From assembly GCA_030427865.1 (NCBI GenBank), contig JAUICK010000007.1:76831-140830 (forward strand): 64,000 nucleotides of DNA, in the 5' to 3' direction. The first letter of the stretch is position 1. Each line of letters begins with the position of its first letter. Positions 10,421 through 19,391 of this stretch are shown piece after piece. Under the pieces are notes generated by a model that had not been told where the DNA came from, ran no database searches, and saw only the letters and a list, made by a program, of their open reading frames with translations. The position numbers and the translations under genes were made by a program. This stretch comes from Bacteroidia bacterium (GTDB taxonomy: Bacteria; Bacteroidota; Bacteroidia; Flavobacteriales; Flavobacteriaceae).

Positions 10421-10439
10421 TTATCTTAAAATCAAAAAA

Positions 10440-10808
10440 TTAAACTGGATTTATTTCTGTTATTTTGGCATCTCCCCATAGACTCTCTATATCGTAAAAT
10501 TCTCGAACATGCTTTTGAAAAATATGCACTACAACGTGAACATAATCCATTAAAACCCATTCTGAATTTGACTGACCTTCTATATGCCAAGGTTTATCTT
10601 TCAGTTCTTTACTTACTATTTTCTGAACCGAACCAGAAATTGCATTTACTTGTGTATTAGAACCACCAGAGCAAATTATAAAATAATCGCAAACGGTATT
10701 CTCTATATCTCGTAAGTCTAATAATTGAATATCTTCTCCTTTAACTTCATCAATCCCTTTTATGATTGCTGCAATTAAATTGTCTTTACTTACTTGTGTT
10801 TTTGTCAT
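10440..10808 (-). CDS. rsfS: Ribosome silencing factor (start moved to MTKTQ)
   Basis: KGEDIQLLDL, DYFIICSG, WVLMDY, REFYDIESLW; -7 box TAACTTTG at 10830-10837 lies inside the longer track ORF. Confidence 0.93.
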   Translation of the reverse strand: MTKTQVSKDNLIAAIIKGIDEVKGEDIQLLDLRDIENTVCDYFIICSGGSNTQVNAISGSVQKIVSKELKDKPWHIEGQSNSEWVLMDYVHVVVHIFQKHVREFYDIESLWGDAKITEINPV

Positions 10809-10894
10809 TAACTTTTTTCTAATTAAACGCAAAGTTATTATTTTTTTGCGACTATTTTATGTAATATTACAGTAGTTTACACTTTATTTAACAG

Positions 10895-11626
10895 TTGAAA
10901 ATAATCAAACTTAGTGCCATTGATTCTACCAATTCTTTTTTGAAAGATTTGGCACAAAATTCTATATTAGAAAATTATACGGTTGTAGTTACTAAAAATC
11001 AAACTAAAGGCAGGGGGCAACAAGAAAATAAATGGGTTACAGAACCACTTAAAAACCTAACTTTCAGCATTTTTATAAAGTTTAACAGATTAAAAACTCA
11101 TCAAAAAAAATACTTAAACTTTGCCATTTCTTTAGCAATTTATGATGTGCTTTCGAATAAAAAAATCGATAAAGTTGCTATAAAATGGCCTAACGACATT
11201 CTGTCAGCAAATAAGAAAATTTGCGGTATTTTAATTGAAAATACTTTTATTGGAGATAGAATTAAAAATTCTGTAATTGGCATTGGTTTAAACGTAAATC
11301 AAGAAAAATTTTCAGATAATTTAAAAAATGTTACCTCATTAAAGTTAGTAACTTCTAAGCATTACAATTTAGATAATTTGCTAAACGATATTTTAAGTAA
11401 AATACAAGAAAAAATAGCATTGTTAGAAAACAATCAATTTGAAATCTTAGAGGAAAACTATTTGAAAGTTTTGTATAAAAAAAATATTCCGACAATGTTT
11501 AAAAACTGTCGGAATGAGATTTTTATAGGAATAATTACTGGAATTTCTACTGATGGCAAATTACAAATTCAATTAGAAGATACTTCTATTAAAGAATTTG
11601 GTATTAAAGAAGTTTCTTTTCTTTAA
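10895..11626 (+). CDS. birA: Biotin--acetyl-CoA-carboxylase ligase (no HTH domain)
   Basis: IDSTN, QTKGRGQ, KWPND, KICGILIE, GIGLNVN; TTG start. Confidence 0.93.
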   Translation: MKIIKLSAIDSTNSFLKDLAQNSILENYTVVVTKNQTKGRGQQENKWVTEPLKNLTFSIFIKFNRLKTHQKKYLNFAISLAIYDVLSNKKIDKVAIKWPNDILSANKKICGILIENTFIGDRIKNSVIGIGLNVNQEKFSDNLKNVTSLKLVTSKHYNLDNLLNDILSKIQEKIALLENNQFEILEENYLKVLYKKNIPTMFKNCRNEIFIGIITGISTDGKLQIQLEDTSIKEFGIKEVSFL

Positions 11627-12012
11627 AGTTTACCAATATTTTCTGTTAGTGTATCTACAAATTTAGTTAATGGTTTTTTAATCATCATTGCCATCATTGG
11701 GTTAAAATCGCCATTGAAGTTTAACTGAATTTCTGTTTTATTTTCTGCTATCTCATTGATATCTGCAGCTAAAGTAAATGGTAACTTACTACTTGCAGCA
11801 CCTAAAGTAATGTTAGAAAATTCTGTTTTTTCTTTTAAAACCAATCTAATTTCTGGCATTCCAGGTAAACCAAATAGAAAAGAATCTCCATCAACTTCAA
11901 ATTTCTGAATGTTCTCTGGCATTATTTCTTTAAAATTGTTTAAATCAGAAAAAAAAGTAAACACTTCTTTTGCAGGTTTTTCTACTGTAATCGTATTTCC
12001 GTTTATATTCAT
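11623..12012 (-). CDS. SRPBCC family protein
   Basis: Size and FFSDLNNFKEIMPE / FNPMMAMM pattern. Confidence 0.7.
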   Translation of the reverse strand: MNINGNTITVEKPAKEVFTFFSDLNNFKEIMPENIQKFEVDGDSFLFGLPGMPEIRLVLKEKTEFSNITLGAASSKLPFTLAADINEIAENKTEIQLNFNGDFNPMMAMMIKKPLTKFVDTLTENIGKL

Positions 12013-12021
12013 TCTCTTATA

Positions 12022-12663
12022 TTATTGATTCCATTTACTTGGATTTTTTCTCCAATCATTTAAAGTAACTAACTCTTTTTGAGTTACATAACTGCTATCT
12101 AAAGCTTGTTCTAACAAGTTTTCGTAATTACTTAAAGTAGTTAAACTTACATTTTCCTTTTCGAAATTTTTATCAGCTATATCAAATCCGTAAGAAAAAA
12201 TTGCTACCATACCTTTAACAACTGCTCCAGCTTCTTTTAAAGCTTCTACAGCATTTAAACTACTGTTTCCAGTACTAATTAAATCTTCGATAACTACAAC
12301 ATTCTGACCACTTTCTAAGTGCCCTTCTATTTGGTTTTTTCGACCGTGTTTTTTTGGTTCTGGTCTTACGTAAATAAACGGAACACCTAATTCTTGAGCC
12401 ACCAAAATTCCGATAGCGATTGCGCCTGTAGCAACACCAGCAATTACATCTGGCTTACCATATTCTAATTCAACAATTTTTGCAATTTCTTCTTTTAAAA
12501 AAACACGAACTGGAGGATAAGATAGCGTAACTCTGTTATCGCAATATATTGGCGATTTCCAGCCTGATGCCCAATTGAAAGGTTCATTTGGGCTCAACTT
12601 TATTGCTTTGATTTGCAATAAAAGTTCGGCTGTTTTTTTTGCCGTATCTTTGTTTAAAATCAT
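12022..12663 (-). CDS. pyrE: Orotate phosphoribosyltransferase (start moved to MILNKDTA)
   Basis: WASGWKSPIYCDNR and the VVVIEDLISTG PRPP-binding motif. Confidence 0.95.
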   Translation of the reverse strand: MILNKDTAKKTAELLLQIKAIKLSPNEPFNWASGWKSPIYCDNRVTLSYPPVRVFLKEEIAKIVELEYGKPDVIAGVATGAIAIGILVAQELGVPFIYVRPEPKKHGRKNQIEGHLESGQNVVVIEDLISTGNSSLNAVEALKEAGAVVKGMVAIFSYGFDIADKNFEKENVSLTTLSNYENLLEQALDSSYVTQKELVTLNDWRKNPSKWNQ

Positions 12664-12670
12664 ATCGCAA

Positions 12671-13267
12671 ATGTATAAAGTTTTTGTAAATGATGCCCTA
12701 ATAATTCTTACTTCTTCTTCACAAAAAGAAAATAATTTCCCTACACATTCTTTTAAAAACATTAGTTTTAATAAAATTCTTAAACAACTAAAAAGTAAAG
12801 AAATTAAAGGTATAAATTTATATTCTACTGATTTAGAGAAAGATTGGGAGTCTTTTTGCTCAAATTTAGAAGTAATTCCTGCAGCTGGTGGTTTGGTTTT
12901 AAACAAAAAAAAAGAGGCTTTATTTATTTATAGAAATAACGTTTGGGATTTGCCTAAAGGTTGGATTGAAAAAGGAGAAACCAAAGAAATAGCAGCGATT
13001 AGAGAAGTTGAAGAAGAGTGCGGAATATCAAATTTAAAATTGATAAAACCTTTATTAACAACACATCATATTTATTTTTATAAAGGTGTAAAATTAAAAG
13101 AAACATACTGGTTTTTAATGACTTCTAATTGTGTAAATAAATTAATCCCTCAAACTGAAGAAGGTATTACAGAGGTTGCTTTTAAAGATGAAACAGAAAT
13201 CTCTGAAATTTTACAAAACTCTTATGCAAATATCAAATTAGTTTACGATACTTATAAACAAGGATAG
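12671..13267 (+). CDS. NUDIX hydrolase (start moved to MYKVFVND)
   Basis: Nudix box GWIEKGETKEIAAIREVEEECG. Confidence 0.9.
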   Translation: MYKVFVNDALIILTSSSQKENNFPTHSFKNISFNKILKQLKSKEIKGINLYSTDLEKDWESFCSNLEVIPAAGGLVLNKKKEALFIYRNNVWDLPKGWIEKGETKEIAAIREVEEECGISNLKLIKPLLTTHHIYFYKGVKLKETYWFLMTSNCVNKLIPQTEEGITEVAFKDETEISEILQNSYANIKLVYDTYKQG

Positions 13268-13285
13268 TTTTCTCAAAAAACATTC

Positions 13286-13293
13286 TATCTTTG
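13286..13293 (+). promoter_or_regulatory. -7 box of the SulP gene
   Basis: TATCTTTG, 25 nt upstream of the ATG. Confidence 0.6.
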
Positions 13294-13318
13294 CCGACTT
13301 CTAAAAACAACCAAAATT

Positions 13319-14947
13319 ATGACCGAATTCATTACCAAACGTGTAAAAAACGTAAGAAACGATGTGTTATCTGGAATTACTGTTGCTTTAGCGTTAGTAC
13401 CAGAAGCTGTAGCATTTGCCTTTGTGGCAGGTGTTGATCCGCTTGTAGGATTATATGCAGCTTTTATGATTGGTTTAATAACCTCAATTTTTGGGGGTAG
13501 ACCAGGAATGATTTCTGGTGCAACAGGTGCATTAGCAGTAGTTATGGTTTCTTTAGTATCTGAAGGAAATACTATGGGAAATCCTGAAGAAAATTTAGGC
13601 TTATACTATCTTTTCTTAACGGTTATTTTGATGGGAATTATTCAGTTTTTAGCAGGAGTTTTAAAATTAGGAAAATTTGTACGTTTAATTCCACATCCAG
13701 TAATGATGGGGTTTGTAAACGGGTTGGCTATTGTAATTTTCTTATCTCAATTGGGTATGTTTAAACAAAGAGTTAATGGTGAAAAAGTTTGGTTAGAAGG
13801 CAACTCTCTATGGTATATGATTGCTTTAGTTGCATTAACAATGCTCATTATGTGGGGATTACCAAAAATAAAAGCTACAAAAAAACTACCAGAAGCATTA
13901 ATTGCTATTTTGGTAGTTTCAGCAATTGTAATTTTCTCTAATTTAGATGTGGCTACAGTTGGTTCTTTTATTAGAGATGGTGGTGGAGAGGGTTTAAAAG
14001 GTGGTTTTCCTGTTCCTGTTTTAGAGACTTTTACAAACATTCCATTAAATTGGGAAACGTTAAAATTTATCTTTCCTTATGCTTTAATTTTAGCAGCAAT
14101 TGGTTTAATTGAATCTTTAATGACCTTAAATTTAATTGACGATTTAACAGAAACTCGAGGAAATTCTAACCGCGAATGTATGGCACAAGGTGGCGCAAAT
14201 ATTATTACTGGTTTGTTTGGTGGAATGGGCGGTTGTGCAATGATTGGGCAATCTATTATAAATATAAAAGGTGGTGGACGTGGACGTTTGTCTGGAATTA
14301 CTGCTGCTGTTTTCTTATTAATGTTTATTCTATTTGCTTCATCTTACATAGAGCAAGTTCCTATTGCAGCTTTAGTTGGCGTAATGTTTATGGTAGTTAT
14401 TGGAACATTTGCGTGGTCTAGTTTTAGAGTTATAAATAAAATTCCAAAAACAGATGTTTTTGTATTAATATTAGTATCTTCTTTAACCGTAATTTTTGAT
14501 TTAGCAATTGCTGTAATTTCTGGAGTAATTGTATCTGCTTTGGTTTTTGCTTGGGAAAACGCAAAACGTATTAGAGCCAGAAAACGTTACAGAGAAGATG
14601 GTACTAAAGTTTACGAAATTTGGGGACCACTTTTCTTTGGAAGTATTGCTGCTTTTAATGATAAGTTTGATGTTAAAAACGACCCAGAAAATATAGAAAT
14701 TGATTTTGTTGAAGCCAGAGTTTCTGATCATTCTGCAATTGAAGCAATTTTTGCTTTGGTAGAAAAATATCACGCAGTTGGTAAGAAAATTACTTTAAAA
14801 CATTTGAGTGAAGATTGTAAATTATTACTATATAAATCGAGTCCAATTTTTACAGATATTATTGAAGAGGATATAGATGACCCTCGTTATCACTTAGCCG
14901 CAAATCCAGAAGATTTTCCTAAACCTTTGGGAGAGTATAAGTTTTAA
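13319..14947 (+). CDS. SulP family inorganic anion permease with STAS domain
   Basis: GITVALALVPEAVAF, GRPGMISGATG, GGMGGCAMIGQS, C-terminal GPLFFGS STAS domain. Confidence 0.93.
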   Translation: MTEFITKRVKNVRNDVLSGITVALALVPEAVAFAFVAGVDPLVGLYAAFMIGLITSIFGGRPGMISGATGALAVVMVSLVSEGNTMGNPEENLGLYYLFLTVILMGIIQFLAGVLKLGKFVRLIPHPVMMGFVNGLAIVIFLSQLGMFKQRVNGEKVWLEGNSLWYMIALVALTMLIMWGLPKIKATKKLPEALIAILVVSAIVIFSNLDVATVGSFIRDGGGEGLKGGFPVPVLETFTNIPLNWETLKFIFPYALILAAIGLIESLMTLNLIDDLTETRGNSNRECMAQGGANIITGLFGGMGGCAMIGQSIINIKGGGRGRLSGITAAVFLLMFILFASSYIEQVPIAALVGVMFMVVIGTFAWSSFRVINKIPKTDVFVLILVSSLTVIFDLAIAVISGVIVSALVFAWENAKRIRARKRYREDGTKVYEIWGPLFFGSIAAFNDKFDVKNDPENIEIDFVEARVSDHSAIEAIFALVEKYHAVGKKITLKHLSEDCKLLLYKSSPIFTDIIEEDIDDPRYHLAANPEDFPKPLGEYKF

Positions 14948-17157
14948 ACCATCCCTTCATCAATTAAAGGTAAACTCCTAACACGTTTACCAATAGCATT
15001 AAAAATAGCGTTACAAATTGCAGGTGCTATCACAGGTACCCCAGGTTCACCTACCCCAGTTGGCGGTTCATGCATTTTATCCATAATAGCAACATGAATC
15101 TTTGGAGCATCTTTTATTCTTGTCATTTGATAATCAAAGAAATTATTTTGCTCAACAGCACCTTCTTTTGTAGAAATTTTACCATATAAAGCTATTGACA
15201 TGCCAAAAATGGCTGCTCCTTCTAACTGGTTTCTAATATTATCTTTATTCAGTGCTAAACCACAATCTATGGTTGTCCAGACATTTTCTACTTTTACTTT
15301 TCCGTTATTTACAGAAACCTCAACAGCAGTTGCTACATAACTGTAAAAACTATAATGAATGGCAACTCCTATACCATGATTTTCTGGTAACGATTGCCCC
15401 CAATTCGACATTTTCGCAGTACTTTTTAACACTTCTTTCATTCGTTTAGAATCGTAGGGAAATTTTGATTTTCCTTTTACAACTCTATCTTTTCCAATTA
15501 AATTTAGATGTAACTGAACTGGATCTATTTTAGCAGTACTTGCCAATTCATCAACAAAAGAGTTATTTCCAAACCCACTATGAATATGAACCACAGAACG
15601 TAACCATCCAATTCTTAAATTCGACTCTGCTCTAATATTTTCTAATTGAAAATTAGAAATTTTATATGGATTATTGGTAAAACCTTGATTTAATTCTAAC
15701 CCAGAAGCATAATCTGACATCGGTTTAAAAGAAGATATAATAGATGGAAAACCAACTCTCTGTAACCAACCTAACACTTGTCCGTTATTATCTAATCCTC
15801 CTTTTAAATATTGCACACTTGTAGCATGATAAAAACTATGCTTAATATCATCTTCACGAGTCCAAACAACTTGAACTGGTGCATTTATTTTTTTTGATAA
15901 AGCCACAGCTTCCACCACAAAATCAGATTTTGATTTTCTACCAAAACCACCACCTAAAAAAGTAACGTTAACAGTAATACTTTTTATAGGAATTTCAAAA
16001 AAATGTGCTAATTCTGCTCTTGCCGTTTGCGGGTCTTGCAATGGTGCCCAAATCTCAATTTTATTTTCTTGAAACCAAGCTGTTGCATTAGGCACTTCCA
16101 TTGGTGCATGAACTAAAAAAGGAACTTGATAAGTAGCTTCTATAACTTTTTCTGATTTTGTAAACGCAGTGTTTATATTGCCTGAACTTCCTATAACTAA
16201 TTTTCCTTTTTGACGAACTCTTTTTCTTAATTTCTTTTGAAAATCTTCAGAATTAAATGCATGATTTTCTCCATAATTCCATTCAATGTTTAAATTTAGT
16301 TTTCCTTGAAAAGCAGACCAAGTATTGTTTGCAATTACTGCAACACCTCCTAAAGCACCAAAAAACTTGCCCACTGGCGGAACAATTCTGTCTAATTCTA
16401 TTACTTTTTCTACTCCTGCTGTCTTTTCAGCATCTGATGTATCTACAGCTTTGACTGTTCCAAAAGTAACTGGACATCTTGCTATTGCTGCAAATTTTAG
16501 ATTTGGTATTCTTACATCAATTCCATAAGTAGCTGTTCCGTGAGTAAAATCTTTTAAATCGACACTTTTTAAGGTTTTCCCAATGTATTTAAAATCTTTA
16601 ACTTTTTTTAGTTGAATAGTTTCTTCTAAAGGAACATCTATTTTTTTAGCTTCATCAACCAAATTGCCAAAAGAAATTTTATCATTAGTAAGCGTATTTA
16701 TAACAAAATGATTTTCTGCTTTACAATCTACTTTTTGGATATTCCACTTTTTGGCAGCTGCTGTAATTAACATCATTTTGGCAGCAGCTCCCATTTTACG
16801 CATTGGCTCTAAAATGGTTCTTACACTTCTTGAGCCATCAGTATTTTGATTGCCATATTTAGCATTTCCTGTGGCTTGTTTTACAGAAACGTATTTCCAA
16901 TCTGCTTCCATTTCATCAGCAATTGCAGAAGCCAAAGAAGTTCTGATTCCTTGCCCCATTTCTGAACGAGAAGCAATTAAAGTTACGTTTCCGTTTTTTT
17001 CTAAATGAATGAATAAATTGGGTGTAAAAACACCTTCTATTTGTGGAATAAACTCTTTTTTATCTGAAGACAAATTACATCCTAATAAAATACCACCAGA
17101 AGCTAAACCAAATAATTTTACAAAATCTCTGCGGTTTATTTGTTGAATTTTGCTCAT
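14944..17157 (-). CDS. Xanthine dehydrogenase family molybdopterin-binding subunit (IorB-like) with Tat signal
   Basis: NRRDFVK Tat motif, RSEMGQGIRT, TDGSRS, HAPME, LGGGFGR, GVGEPGVP. Confidence 0.92.
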   Translation of the reverse strand: MSKIQQINRRDFVKLFGLASGGILLGCNLSSDKKEFIPQIEGVFTPNLFIHLEKNGNVTLIASRSEMGQGIRTSLASAIADEMEADWKYVSVKQATGNAKYGNQNTDGSRSVRTILEPMRKMGAAAKMMLITAAAKKWNIQKVDCKAENHFVINTLTNDKISFGNLVDEAKKIDVPLEETIQLKKVKDFKYIGKTLKSVDLKDFTHGTATYGIDVRIPNLKFAAIARCPVTFGTVKAVDTSDAEKTAGVEKVIELDRIVPPVGKFFGALGGVAVIANNTWSAFQGKLNLNIEWNYGENHAFNSEDFQKKLRKRVRQKGKLVIGSSGNINTAFTKSEKVIEATYQVPFLVHAPMEVPNATAWFQENKIEIWAPLQDPQTARAELAHFFEIPIKSITVNVTFLGGGFGRKSKSDFVVEAVALSKKINAPVQVVWTREDDIKHSFYHATSVQYLKGGLDNNGQVLGWLQRVGFPSIISSFKPMSDYASGLELNQGFTNNPYKISNFQLENIRAESNLRIGWLRSVVHIHSGFGNNSFVDELASTAKIDPVQLHLNLIGKDRVVKGKSKFPYDSKRMKEVLKSTAKMSNWGQSLPENHGIGVAIHYSFYSYVATAVEVSVNNGKVKVENVWTTIDCGLALNKDNIRNQLEGAAIFGMSIALYGKISTKEGAVEQNNFFDYQMTRIKDAPKIHVAIMDKMHEPPTGVGEPGVPVIAPAICNAIFNAIGKRVRSLPLIDEGMV

Positions 17158-17618
17158 GTTGCTTGATTTTTAAGTTCAACCGCTTTGTAAATTGCTTTTC
17201 GAATTCTCGTGTACGTTCCACATCTACAAATATTACCACTCATTGCATCATTTATATCTTTATCTGTTGGATTTTGAACGGTATCTAACAAAGAAGTAGC
17301 TGCAATTAATTGCCCTGATTGACAATACCCACATTGCGGAACATTAACATCGTTCCAGGCTTGTCTTAAAAACTCTAAATTTTCTGAAGACCCTTCTATG
17401 GTAAATATTTCTTTTCCAACTGCATAAGAAACAGGCATACTGCAAGATTTTATCAGCTTTCCATCAATCAAGATAGAGCATGCTCCACATTGTGCTACTC
17501 CACAACCAAATTTAGTACCTGTTAAACCTATGATATCTCTAATTGCCCATAATAAAGGCATATCATCTTGTACATCAACCGTGTAAGATTTTCCGTTAAT
17601 TGATAAAATTTTGCTCAC
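17154..17618 (-). CDS. (2Fe-2S)-binding subunit (IorA-like)
   Basis: GTKFGCGVAQCGAC and QCGYCQSG...CRC; GTG start; ATGA overlap with the large subunit. Confidence 0.93.
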   Translation of the reverse strand: MSKILSINGKSYTVDVQDDMPLLWAIRDIIGLTGTKFGCGVAQCGACSILIDGKLIKSCSMPVSYAVGKEIFTIEGSSENLEFLRQAWNDVNVPQCGYCQSGQLIAATSLLDTVQNPTDKDINDAMSGNICRCGTYTRIRKAIYKAVELKNQAT

Positions 17619-17664
17619 TTGTAAATATTTTAGAGTTACAAGTTACATTTTTTCAATTAAAATA

Positions 17665-19353
17665 TTATTCTAAAATAACACTTTTAAATCCATCTTTAAG
17701 ATTGGTAGTTCTTAAACTCGGTACAATACTGTAATTTCTTTTTATAAATTGAATTTGTTTGTTATTAACCGTTGGTAATTCTCCATTACCAGATGTCCAG
17801 AAATAACTTTCTTCAGAAGGTGAATTGAATCTAAAATTGTTTACTGTATACTCTTTGAATTCTAAACTCATACTTGAGTTTGGGCTGGGTTTTACAATAT
17901 TAACAAGTTTTAAAATACTTGTTTTAGTATTTGTTTTTTTAATAGTTGTATAACTGCTTAATTTTAGTTCGGTAAAAAAAGGAACTAAACAAAAACAGAA
18001 GCCAAAATAGATTAATAAAACGATAATCTTTTCTTTTTTAATAAACCATACAAGAATTTGAATACTTAAAAACAACATAAAAAAGAAAAAGAACCTATAC
18101 TGAGGAGAAAACTTCCATGCTAAAATAAAGTGAAATAGAGCAAAACAATAAATTAAAAAAAGAGGTTTTTCTTTACTCTTAACATACCATAAAAAAGGAA
18201 ACAAACTTAATAAAGTTATAAAAAAAGCATTTATTAAACCGTTAATTTTAAAAGAGTTTAACCAAAGAATAAATAACTGAAAATTAGATAGATGTTTTAC
18301 TTCCTTGTAATCAAAAGCAGCACTATATGTACCATTTTTAAATAACGTAACTATTTCTGTTGGTACTTTCCAATCTACATCTACAATATCAAAAAATTCT
18401 AATGGATATAACAAATATCCAGTTAGAATAGTATTCTTTATTAAGAAAAGTAAGACTACAAGACATGATAATATTAGTGGTTTTATTAATTTATTTTTTA
18501 AGTTCTGATAATGCTTTATCAATAAAGTTAATGGTAATAAAATTAGAATACAGGTTGTGATTTTTATCACAAAAAGAAAAATTGTGAGTATTAAAATAAC
18601 TACAAATGTTGAAAAATCTATTTTTTTATAATTTTTTATAAAGAGATAAAAAAGAATCTGACTTATTAAAAATACTGGCAAATCTGGAGATGGCGCATTT
18701 ATAAAGAAAATTAAAAATGGTATAGAGATTAAAGTAGTTCCTATATACAGGTCATATAATTTTTTAGAGGTATTATAATTTTGCAATTTTTGAAAACAAA
18801 ACAAAGAAAATAGTACTAATAAGAATCCATTTAAATCGTTAAAATTAGTTTCAAAAAAAGGAAATGTAAAAGAAGCTTGCAGTATATGCCAACTTGAGGT
18901 TTGTGCAAAAAAGATGTGTAGATTTCCTAAACCTTTTACAAAGCCATACTCATTTAGCCACTTTATAGTTTGCAAGTAATAACTCTCATTATCAAAAATT
19001 GAGGGAACACTTGCAGACATTGTCAAAGAAGCTATAAAAACAATTGCAAGACCTAACTTATACTTCTTTTTAAATGAATTGAATGTATCCTTAAATTTAT
19101 AAAGAAGATTTTTAATTTTCTTTCTAAAAAAAAGTAAACTAAAAAAATTAATACTAAAAAAAACGATATAAAAAACAAAATTTAGTGGCAAAAAAAGTGC
19201 ATAAATCCAAGCAAAAACAGAAATTAAAAACAACCCTAAAACATGGTGAGTTGTAAAATTTTCATCATTTATTTTTACTATTTTTTTGACTATAAAACCA
19301 AAATTTAGTGAACTTATAAATATATATATCCAGTTTATTAATATTAGGAGCAT
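17665..19353 (-). CDS. Multi-pass membrane protein (LIC_10190-like, possible GT-C fold)
   Basis: Many hydrophobic helices; DNESYY..TIKW..EYG..KGLGNLH loop motif. Confidence 0.6.
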   Translation of the reverse strand: MLLILINWIYIFISSLNFGFIVKKIVKINDENFTTHHVLGLFLISVFAWIYALFLPLNFVFYIVFFSINFFSLLFFRKKIKNLLYKFKDTFNSFKKKYKLGLAIVFIASLTMSASVPSIFDNESYYLQTIKWLNEYGFVKGLGNLHIFFAQTSSWHILQASFTFPFFETNFNDLNGFLLVLFSLFCFQKLQNYNTSKKLYDLYIGTTLISIPFLIFFINAPSPDLPVFLISQILFYLFIKNYKKIDFSTFVVILILTIFLFVIKITTCILILLPLTLLIKHYQNLKNKLIKPLILSCLVVLLFLIKNTILTGYLLYPLEFFDIVDVDWKVPTEIVTLFKNGTYSAAFDYKEVKHLSNFQLFILWLNSFKINGLINAFFITLLSLFPFLWYVKSKEKPLFLIYCFALFHFILAWKFSPQYRFFFFFMLFLSIQILVWFIKKEKIIVLLIYFGFCFCLVPFFTELKLSSYTTIKKTNTKTSILKLVNIVKPSPNSSMSLEFKEYTVNNFRFNSPSEESYFWTSGNGELPTVNNKQIQFIKRNYSIVPSLRTTNLKDGFKSVILE

Positions 19354-19391
19354 AATTAAGTTTTATTTAGTGTAAGATAGAAATTTACTAT

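Noticed and set aside
12664-12906. N-terminal extensions of pyrE (to 12906) and NUDIX (from 12575) in the ORF track
   Set aside because: They overlap each other's coding regions; the family-typical starts are at 12663 and 12671
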